Source: Syntrophomonadaceae bacterium (GTDB lineage Bacteria; Bacillota; Syntrophomonadia; Syntrophomonadales; Syntrophothermaceae). From it: a stretch of DNA of 24,448 nucleotides. The stretch spans positions 1 to 24,448 of the forward strand of contig JARYMO010000001.1 of the NCBI GenBank assembly GCA_029907055.1. Reading direction: 5' to 3'. Shown here one piece after another: positions 8,044 to 14,866 of this stretch. The position numbers and the translations under genes were made by a program. Position 1 is the first letter of the stretch. Each line of letters opens with the position of its first letter. The notes under the pieces are model-generated. The model was given only the letters and a program-made list of their open reading frames with translations, made no database searches and was not told the origin of the DNA.

Positions 8044-9210
8044 TCAATGTCCTGACGCCGTGGACGGCGATGCCAGGTATGCCCAGGGTTTGGCAAAGGC
8101 CATCTTCATGTAGGCGTGCTGGGCAGCGATCTCATCGGCTCCTGCCACCGCCGCAGCCAATGCCTTTTCGGCTGCCGTTACCTCCGCCAAGGTGCCCACC
8201 CCCACCTCGTAGCGCACGCGGGCCACCCGCAGGTTCTCCTGGCACACGCTGATGCCAGCCATGGCAGCGGAGTAGCCCTGCTCCAGCGCCTGCACCGCGT
8301 AGTAGAGGTTGCGGGTCAGCAAGGCAAACGTTTCCTCGGCGCTCATGGCATCAAGGCCTGCCTGCTCGACCTCTATCTTGCGCACCTGGTACGGAGAATA
8401 CTGGCCGCTGTACAGCGACATGTCCTGCAGAATCTCCCGCATCTTCACCGTTTGCCGGGCCAGCCACAGGCTAGGGGCGCCCTCCAGGGCGCGCCGCACC
8501 TCGTAGTCAAGGCTGTCGATGCGCAAGGGCTGGAACGACAGCTGGTCGACCAGTATCGGCCTGTCCTCCGGCCACAGCCCCACTGCCTGGTTGAACGCCG
8601 CGTAGGCCTTCTCCACCTCGGCACGCGCGCTGGCCAGGGATGTCTCGCCCGATGTCAGCTGGGCCTCGGCGGCGGCCAGTGCACCTCCTGTTCCCATGCC
8701 GACCTGGAACATCGCCCGGGAGTCCTGCAGCCGCCGCCTGGCGTCCGCCAGAGCCGCCTCAGCGGCCTCCTCCCTCGCCAGCGCCACCTGGACCTCGCGG
8801 TACTTCTTGGCGGTGTCCAGCACCACCGTATCCCGGGCCGCCTGCTCGGACCGTTTGCTCATCTCCCAGGTGAGATCGGCGGCTAGGAACTGGGCCCAGG
8901 GGACCTCGACGATGGAGGAGCCGGCTGGCTCCGAGGGTACCCAGTCGAGCCCGCTCGCGCTGTGGTCACGGAGCTCGCCCGTGCGTTCAACCTCGCGGGC
9001 AGCCTTGAGCACCGCCTCGCTGTGGCGCATTGCCATGGCGGTAGCCTGTTCCAGGGTGAGCTGCGGTCGGGCGGGTTCCCGGGCCTGCACCGGTGTCATC
9101 GCGGCAGTCGCGGCGAGGGCCAGGCACAGCAGCAGGAAGACCGCCCGGGCAGCCCCGCTGAGCCCACGAAATCCAGACCACCACTCACCGCCGGCACGTC
9201 TCATGGTCAT
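8044..9210 (-). CDS. Secreted TolC/outer-membrane-efflux-family-like helical protein
   Basis: Signal peptide ending VQA, LTLEQATAMAMRHS start motif, and two helical repeats with the TolC-type turns MFQVGMGTGGAL and RYEVGVGTLAEV. Confidence 0.8.
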   Translation of the reverse strand: MTMRRAGGEWWSGFRGLSGAARAVFLLLCLALAATAAMTPVQAREPARPQLTLEQATAMAMRHSEAVLKAAREVERTGELRDHSASGLDWVPSEPAGSSIVEVPWAQFLAADLTWEMSKRSEQAARDTVVLDTAKKYREVQVALAREEAAEAALADARRRLQDSRAMFQVGMGTGGALAAAEAQLTSGETSLASARAEVEKAYAAFNQAVGLWPEDRPILVDQLSFQPLRIDSLDYEVRRALEGAPSLWLARQTVKMREILQDMSLYSGQYSPYQVRKIEVEQAGLDAMSAEETFALLTRNLYYAVQALEQGYSAAMAGISVCQENLRVARVRYEVGVGTLAEVTAAEKALAAAVAGADEIAAQHAYMKMAFAKPWAYLASPSTASGH

Positions 9211-9257
9211 GTTCCCCCATTTCTCCAGTGGATACCGGGGAGCCCCCGGTTTCCCCC

Positions 9258-9286
9258 AGTATACCCTCCGCCGACCCGCCGGTCAA
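9258..9286 (-). promoter_or_regulatory. Sigma-A promoter TTGACC-N17-TATACT for the TolC-like gene
   Basis: -35 at 9281-9286, -10 at 9258-9263, exact 17-nt spacer. Predicted +1 near 9251, immediately followed by a 7-bp hairpin (9234-9250). Confidence 0.75.
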
Positions 9287-9317
9287 TGCATGCGAGGTGA
9301 ACTGCAGCAGGCGAGTG

Positions 9318-9347
9318 CAGGGGCAGACCGGCGGCGGCCTGCCCCTG
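9318..9347. terminator. Stem-loop after the 9385-10281 gene
   Basis: 9-bp stem CAGGGGCAG / CTGCCCCTG with a 12-nt loop. No U-tract on the minus strand, so it may be a 3' stabiliser rather than a terminator. Confidence 0.35.
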
Positions 9348-9384
9348 GCTTCTCTTCAATCCCGGTGGCGCTTCCCGCCTTTAC

Positions 9385-10281
9385 TCAGTAGGCGATTTCC
9401 ACCTTGGCCCACTGGGCGTCGGTAGCCTCCTCGACCCTCAGGATGGTGTCCCGCTCCACGATGCGGCACCCGGCCACCATCACCTCGCTCCCAACGAAGC
9501 ACTTGCAGTCCAACATCTCCCCGTTGGCCACGATGACCGGCCGCTTGGGGCTGAACGGCCATTTCTGGATATGCCGGACCTTGACCCTCGCCCCGTCGAA
9601 GCCCGTGCGTCCGGGAAGGTACGAGGTCACCACGTCGGCATCGGTGACCAAGCGGAGGACAGAGGCGCTGGTCGCGTACAGCCTGACCTGTCCGGCCTGG
9701 GTCAGTGCTCCGGGCTCCAGCTCGACTTCCACGCTCACCTTGGGGTTGATGGCCGCCTGGATCGTGAGGGCGCGCGAAGGATCATAGAACCCCTCGGCGA
9801 CCGGCTCGCCCTCCGGCGGCTGCTGGACGAGGGTGGAGATGCGGATCGTCCTCGTCACGCTGTCCCAGCTGACATTGGTCTCCATGGACTCAGCGATAAA
9901 GCGCAGGGGCACCATGGTGCGTCCGTTGATGATCATGGGGGGGACATCCAGCATCATCTTCTGCGTGCCTCTCAGCGCCTCCCGGTCTCCGATCTTCAGC
10001 ACGATGGTCATTCCACCCTTGGTCCCGATGACGGTCTTGGTCGCCTGCTGCCACTCCAGGTGCACCCCCAGCGCCTCGAAGATGCTGCGCAGGGGCACCA
10101 GCGTACGCCCCTGCACCACCTGCGGCGGGGTGTCAAAGCGCAGCGGCTCGCCGTTGAGCCGAACGGTGATGGGCCTGGTCTCAGCCATTACCGGCGGCGC
10201 CAACAGACCTGCTACCACCAGGCCCACCAGCAACGCGGCCAGCGCAGCCCGCCGCCAGCCTGCTCGTATGGCTCCGTGCAT
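9385..10281 (-). CDS. Secreted protein with an N-terminal copper-amine-oxidase-N (stalk) domain and an unknown C-terminal domain, about 298 aa
   Basis: Signal peptide ending VMA. ITVRLNGEPLRFDTPPQVVQGRTLVPLRSIFEALG...PMIINGRTMVPLRFIAE...VSWD. Start reassigned to ATG 10281 after a GGAGGTGG SD, because the track's extension overlaps a terminator. Confidence 0.88.
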   Translation of the reverse strand: MHGAIRAGWRRAALAALLVGLVVAGLLAPPVMAETRPITVRLNGEPLRFDTPPQVVQGRTLVPLRSIFEALGVHLEWQQATKTVIGTKGGMTIVLKIGDREALRGTQKMMLDVPPMIINGRTMVPLRFIAESMETNVSWDSVTRTIRISTLVQQPPEGEPVAEGFYDPSRALTIQAAINPKVSVEVELEPGALTQAGQVRLYATSASVLRLVTDADVVTSYLPGRTGFDGARVKVRHIQKWPFSPKRPVIVANGEMLDCKCFVGSEVMVAGCRIVERDTILRVEEATDAQWAKVEIAY

Positions 10282-10330
10282 CCCCGACCACCTCCAGTCA
10301 TCGCGTGTTCGACAGTCTGTAGTACAAAAC

Positions 10331-10369
10331 GGCGGGGAGCCCGCATCCTCAAGGACCGGGCTCCCCGCC
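10331..10369 (-). terminator. Rho-independent terminator of the S-layer gene
   Basis: Perfect 13-bp stem GGCGGGGAGCCCG / CGGGCTCCCCGCC, followed by GTTTTGT on the minus strand. Confidence 0.85.
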
Positions 10370-10435
10370 AGCTCCGTCATCATCCGCTCCTGCGTTTCGA
10401 CTGCATGCCTTTCATTTCAACCGTCTTCAGTCTGG

Positions 10436-12589
10436 CTAGAACGTCACCGTGACGGTCTGGGTCGCCGCATCCCACGCGATGTCGGCTCCGAACGCCTGGG
10501 CCACGAAGCGGATGGGCAGCATGGTCCGGCCGCCGGTGATCTCGGGGGCAGCGTCCATCATGATAGCGGCGCCGTTCAGCAGCATGGTCTTGCTGCCAAT
10601 GGTCATCTGCACCACGCGGTCACCCTTGATGATGGTGACGGTCTTGGACACCGCGTCCCAGATGATGTTGTTGTCGCTGACGCCCACGGCATTGGCCACG
10701 AAGCGGACCGGCAGGAAGGTGCGGCCGTCCTTGATGTAGGGAGCCACGTCCATGGTCACCGCTTCGCCGTTGAGGGTGTAGGTGGTGCTGCCGATGGTGA
10801 ACACCGCGGTGCCGGTGGTCTCACCGGGAGCCGGGGTCACCACGACCGCCGCCACGAACTTGGCCACGTACTCGGCATCCTCGAATACCAGATTGTCTGC
10901 CCCGTTTTCCATCAGGTCTTCATTCACAGCCGTCCCACCCGCGCTGACCACCAGGGTGCCCACCGGCACGGTGCGGTCAACGGTGAAGGTGATGTTGCTG
11001 ATCTTGATGGTAGCGGCTTCAGAGCTCTCCGCCTTGATGGGGATGACCAGCACCCGGTTGCTAGTGGTGCGGGTGATGGAGCCAAGCTCCACGTCGCCCG
11101 CGGTGACGGTGACGGTCGGGACCTTCGACCATGCTACTCCGGACGGTGCGGTCAGTTCCAGTCTGCCACCGTCCATCAGGGCCTCGGCCTTGGCCTCGAC
11201 GATGGTGATGTCCCCAGCCGGCTGGTCCTTGATGCCGATCTTGACCTCGTTCTCGCTGCCGGTCACCGTGATGGGAGCGAGCACCTTGGCCACCACGACG
11301 TCACCAGACACCCCGGCGCTGCCACTCACCGTGACCACCAGGTCGCCGGGGGCCATGTCGACCGCCAGGTCAACCTCGATGTCCTTGATGGTGATCTTGC
11401 CAGCATCATTTCCGGTGTTGTCAATCTTGAACTTCAGCTGATCGCGGTCACTGTTGAGCGTAACGCCCTCGACATCCACACCGCCTTCGGTATCGAAGGT
11501 GTAGCTGTCTTCCACGAACTTGGCCTTGTCGGGAAGGGTGAGTATCACGGTGCGCCCGTCAACCAGGCTGTTTCCGGCGGCCTCGTCGATCACGATGTCG
11601 CCGACTTCCTCGGCCAGACGGCCAGCCAGCACCTCGGTGGCGTTCTTGGCCTCCACGGTCACGCCGTAGTCAACGTACTTGGCAACCACCAGGCTGGAGG
11701 GGGAGAAGGTGGATTTGCCGCGCACGGTGACCTTGACGTCGCCGAGCTTGGCCTCGGTGGAGTCAACGTCGATAGTGGCGCGGAGCCGCATCAGTTTCTT
11801 CCCCGTGGTGCTTGTTGCACCATCCGTGTCGTGACACCTGACGTACAGGTCGCGACCGTCCACTTCGTAGTACACCTTGCCCGTAAGATCCTCGCCGTAG
11901 GTGATATCATAGACCTTGCCGCCCGCGAAGGACACCCACGTAAATCCCTTGGGCAACGTGAAGCGCAGGCTCTCCGGGTCTTCTTTCAGCGCACCGGCGG
12001 TGTTTTCCTTCATGTTGATGATAATGGCACCAGCGTCGCTGCCAGACTCGGTAATCTCCTTCACGTCCGGGACGGACAGTGCCACTTCGCCGTCGCTCAG
12101 CTTGGCGATGGTGAGTTCACCACCCACGAACTGGCCGGACAGCGCGGTGATGGTGGCCTTCACCTCACCGGAGGCACTGCTCGGGATATCCATGTTCAGC
12201 TTCAGGTAGACGTCCACATCGGTATTCTTAGCGTAAACGGTGAGCTTGAGTTCATAGTCGGAACCAGAGACCTCTTCGTAGAAGAGATCAGTGCCGACCT
12301 GCAGGGAGTTGTCGTTCACCCCGTACACACCGCTGACGACACAGCTTGCAATATTGAGGTCATAGTCGTCCGACGGAAGTGAGATGATGGCGCTGCTAGT
12401 GGTCGTCAGGGGATCAAAACGGATGTGGATCTGCCCTGACATCTGTCCCGTATCGCCAGCGGTCAGCGTCGGAGTCGTCAGCATCTGGTAGGTGGTAGCC
12501 GCCTGTGCCGCCGGGATGCCTACGAACAGCGTCGCCAGCATCGCCAGCACCAGCAGCAGGGCGAGCTTGCTGTTTCTCGCTTTGCGCAA
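10436..12589 (-). CDS. Probable S-layer / major surface protein, about 717 aa: four tandem beta-rich modules plus a C-terminal stalk domain
   Basis: TTG 12589 after an AGAGGAGGG SD. Signal peptide RKARNSKLALLLVLAMLATLFVGIPAAQA. Thr/Val/Asp/Gly-rich and acidic. Strong codon bias, long leader and strong terminator, as expected for a very highly expressed gene. C-terminal FTIGSTTYTLNG...MDVAPYIKDGRTFLPVRFVA...GRTMLPIRFVAQAFG. S-layer identity is an inference. Confidence 0.8.
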   Translation of the reverse strand: MRKARNSKLALLLVLAMLATLFVGIPAAQAATTYQMLTTPTLTAGDTGQMSGQIHIRFDPLTTTSSAIISLPSDDYDLNIASCVVSGVYGVNDNSLQVGTDLFYEEVSGSDYELKLTVYAKNTDVDVYLKLNMDIPSSASGEVKATITALSGQFVGGELTIAKLSDGEVALSVPDVKEITESGSDAGAIIINMKENTAGALKEDPESLRFTLPKGFTWVSFAGGKVYDITYGEDLTGKVYYEVDGRDLYVRCHDTDGATSTTGKKLMRLRATIDVDSTEAKLGDVKVTVRGKSTFSPSSLVVAKYVDYGVTVEAKNATEVLAGRLAEEVGDIVIDEAAGNSLVDGRTVILTLPDKAKFVEDSYTFDTEGGVDVEGVTLNSDRDQLKFKIDNTGNDAGKITIKDIEVDLAVDMAPGDLVVTVSGSAGVSGDVVVAKVLAPITVTGSENEVKIGIKDQPAGDITIVEAKAEALMDGGRLELTAPSGVAWSKVPTVTVTAGDVELGSITRTTSNRVLVIPIKAESSEAATIKISNITFTVDRTVPVGTLVVSAGGTAVNEDLMENGADNLVFEDAEYVAKFVAAVVVTPAPGETTGTAVFTIGSTTYTLNGEAVTMDVAPYIKDGRTFLPVRFVANAVGVSDNNIIWDAVSKTVTIIKGDRVVQMTIGSKTMLLNGAAIMMDAAPEITGGRTMLPIRFVAQAFGADIAWDAATQTVTVTF

Positions 12590-12826
12590 GTGTTTTCCCT
12601 CCTCTAGTATGTGATGTTGATTGAGGTAATCGGGGCCTCCTGCCCCAGCTGGAGGTGGTCGCCGGGACTGCCCGGCATCGCGGCCTATACCTCTCATCCC
12701 TCCCAACCCTGGCCGGCCGGGAACCGACCGGTGTCTCCCGCCATCCGCGTGCGGTGGGTTCCCTCCCGCCCGCGGCGCGGGGTCGTCGCTGGAGGCGGCG
12801 GCCGCCCTGGCGGCCTTCGCTGTTCC

Positions 12827-12832
12827 AGTATA
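12827..12832 (-). promoter_or_regulatory. Sigma-A-like -10 (TATACT) upstream of the S-layer gene
   Basis: Same AGGGTATACTGG context as the clear promoter at 9258-9286. No good -35. Confidence 0.35.
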
Positions 12833-12837
12833 CCCTA

Positions 12838-12866
12838 TTGGACACGCTGGCAGCCAGTGATGTTCC
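12838..12866 (-). promoter_or_regulatory. ECF-sigma-type promoter pointing at the S-layer gene
   Basis: GGAAC (12866-12862)-N16-GTGTCCAA (12845-12838), with the same boxes and spacing as the copy in front of the ECF gene. Confidence 0.55.
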
Positions 12867-13004
12867 CGGGCCCGATTCAAAATCTCACCCGATCCGCAAT
12901 GGCCGGGCCGGTGCGCGGCGAGCTGCACGACCATGTATGGAGTCATATATTATATAATAGATGCTGCGGTACGCGTTCCATGGCACATGACCTTTTTCGA
13001 GAAC

Positions 13005-13033
13005 GGAACAAAACCCCGAAGGCCGGTGTCTAA
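13005..13033 (+). promoter_or_regulatory. ECF-sigma-type autoregulatory promoter
   Basis: GGAAC (13005-13009)-N16-GTGTCTAA (13026-13033), about 40 nt before ATG 13074. AAC in the -35 and GTC in the -10 are general ECF promoter features, and ECF genes are commonly autoregulated. Confidence 0.6.
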
Positions 13034-13073
13034 AGAGGTAACCGGGTCCGCTCGGGTGGCAGGAGAATCCAGT

Positions 13074-13682
13074 ATGAATCAAGGGATGGACCCCTTGGTG
13101 AGCAAGCTCCGGCAGGGGGACGCCGGGGCCTTCGAGGCGCTGGTAGTAGCCTACCAGGACCGGGTGTTCACCCAGTGCTATCACCTCACCGGGAGCCTGG
13201 CCGACGCGCAGGACCTGGCGCAGGAGGTGTTCCTGCGGGCATATCGGGGCCTGCATGCGTTTCGCGGTGACGCGGATCTCGGCACCTGGCTGCACCGCAT
13301 CGCCGTCAACACCTACCTGAACGGACGGCGCAAGTACAGGCCCGAAGCGCTGTTTTCACTGGATGACCCCGTTCCCGGCACCGACGGCGACCTGACCCGC
13401 CAGCTTGCAGCGCAGACCGAAGACCCTGTCGAGCGCCTGGAGCGACTGGAAATCCAGGCAGCGGTGCAGGAGGCGCTCGCCCAACTGTCGCCGGACTTCA
13501 GGGCCATTCTGGTGCTGAGAGAGTTTGAGGATTGCAGCTACGAGGAGATGGCCTCGCTGCTGGGCTGCTCGGTGGGAACGGTGAAGTCGAGGCTCAACCG
13601 GGCACGGCGGGCCCTGCGGGACAGGGTGAAGGACATTATCAAGACCGACGCGGATAACCGGTCTGGGACGCCACGGACTTGA
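13074..13682 (+). CDS. ECF sigma-70 family sigma factor, about 202 aa
   Basis: GDAGAFEALV, DAQDLAQEVFLRAY, WLHRIAVNTYL (region 2) and LSPDFRAILVLREFEDCSYEEMASLLGCSVGTVKSRLNRAR (region 4). Start at ATG 13074 after an AGGAG SD. Confidence 0.96.
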   Translation: MNQGMDPLVSKLRQGDAGAFEALVVAYQDRVFTQCYHLTGSLADAQDLAQEVFLRAYRGLHAFRGDADLGTWLHRIAVNTYLNGRRKYRPEALFSLDDPVPGTDGDLTRQLAAQTEDPVERLERLEIQAAVQEALAQLSPDFRAILVLREFEDCSYEEMASLLGCSVGTVKSRLNRARRALRDRVKDIIKTDADNRSGTPRT

Positions 13683-13747
13683 GACCATAGTGGCTGTGGC
13701 GGGGGCCGGTGCCTGACACGCGGTTGCTGCCGGAAGGAGGCGCAGGG

Positions 13748-14758
13748 GTGGACTGTCGGACCGCAGACAAACTGCAGGGGTTGTTCCTGGACAACCGGCT
13801 GACTGGCGAGCAGCGACAGGCGTTCCTCCGTCACGTGAAGGACTGTCACGTCTGCCGCGAAGAGCTGAGCCTGGCGCAGGACATCTCGGTCGCCCTGCGC
13901 GCCTTGGGCAACGTGGTAGAGGCCCCGGCCGGCTTCGCGGCAGGGGTAATGGCCTCACTCGCGCACACCGGGAACAGGCGGTCGGCAACGCCGGTGCGCG
14001 AGCGGGTCCTGCGCTGGAAATTTGCGGCGGCCGGGGTGGCAGCCGCGGCAGCGGTGGCGCTGGGCACCTACTCGGCTGACTTTGTCAGGATGGCTCCGCT
14101 GCCGGCTCCCGTGCCAGTAGCAGAACGTTCTTCGGGGAATGCGGGAGAGCCCGTGCAGACAGTGACCCCGGACGAGACTGCCGTGCACGGCGAGGCAACC
14201 GTTACATCACGGCAAGTTCCGCACCAGGTAGCGCTCTCCACCGCTACCGGCACCGGGAAACCGGCCCTGCCACCTGCAACGGGAACCATCCCCTCTGCTC
14301 AAGCCGAGACGCCAGTCTTCCTGAGCTCGGATCACCGGCTGCTGAGCACGGTAACCAAGCTGGCGGTGGCGGACCTTGCGGTCGCAAAGTCCCGTGCCTT
14401 AGAACTGGCGACCGCATCGGGCGCTTCGGTGGAAGAGGTCGCGGCGGGCTTGGACGGAAGCAAGTCGTACGCCGTCTTGCGCTGCGTGGTGCCGCCAGCC
14501 CGGCAGGACTCGCTCCTGGCGTCGTTCGCGGGGCTGGGTGACGTGCTCTCGTCCACCACTTCCTCGGCCGACCAGGCGGACGAGGTCGAGCGGTTGCTCA
14601 CGCAGTACCGCAACGCCCTGGCGGAACTGCAGATGTGCGACGACAGCCAGGCGCGCCGGATGCTGCAGGCAGAGGCAGACGAGTTGAAGGCGCGTGTCGA
14701 GCGGCTGGACTTCGAGTGCACCCAGCGCGTGGTAGTGCTCTGGCTGACGGAGCAATAG
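13748..14758 (+). CDS. Zinc-binding (zf-HC2) transmembrane anti-sigma factor with a DUF4349-like extracytoplasmic domain, about 336 aa
   Basis: GTG 13748 after AAGGAGG. HVKDCHVC = HxxxCxxC. One TM segment (FAAAGVAAAAAVALG), a Pro/Ala/Thr linker, then VLRCVVPPARQDSLLASFAGLGDVLSSTTSSAD, which resembles DUF4349. Directly downstream of the ECF gene. Confidence 0.88.
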   Translation: MDCRTADKLQGLFLDNRLTGEQRQAFLRHVKDCHVCREELSLAQDISVALRALGNVVEAPAGFAAGVMASLAHTGNRRSATPVRERVLRWKFAAAGVAAAAAVALGTYSADFVRMAPLPAPVPVAERSSGNAGEPVQTVTPDETAVHGEATVTSRQVPHQVALSTATGTGKPALPPATGTIPSAQAETPVFLSSDHRLLSTVTKLAVADLAVAKSRALELATASGASVEEVAAGLDGSKSYAVLRCVVPPARQDSLLASFAGLGDVLSSTTSSADQADEVERLLTQYRNALAELQMCDDSQARRMLQAEADELKARVERLDFECTQRVVVLWLTEQ

Positions 14759-14813
14759 CAGGCCCCCGTCCGCGGCGCGCACCACGAGCGTATGGCGTAT
14801 AGGCTGAAAAAGT

Positions 14814-14840
14814 GGGCCGGCCCTCTCAAGGTACCGGCCC
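14814..14840. terminator. Bidirectional terminator between the convergent anti-sigma and protease genes
   Basis: GGGCCGG / CCGGCCC stem, followed by TCGTTGTTTCT on plus and ACTTTTTC on minus. Confidence 0.65.
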
Positions 14841-14866
14841 TCGTTGTTTCTGCCTTTCCTGTGCCG

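Noticed and set aside
10348-10360. CTCAAGG(T)ACCGG shared between the loops of the terminators at 10331 and 14814
   Set aside because: A short match with different stems, not enough to call a repeat family.
9833-12382. 849-aa plus-strand ORF (also 6354-8015, 15605-17323, 8116-8886 and many shorter ones)
   Set aside because: Antisense shadows of strongly codon-biased, GC-rich minus-strand genes. No SD, no recognisable motifs.
12590-13073. Long N-terminal extensions in the ORF track for the S-layer (to 12946) and ECF (from 12933) genes; likewise 18551-18862, 10282-10383 and 22725-22784
   Set aside because: The extensions are low-complexity or overlap promoters and terminators, and strong SD sequences mark the internal starts used here.
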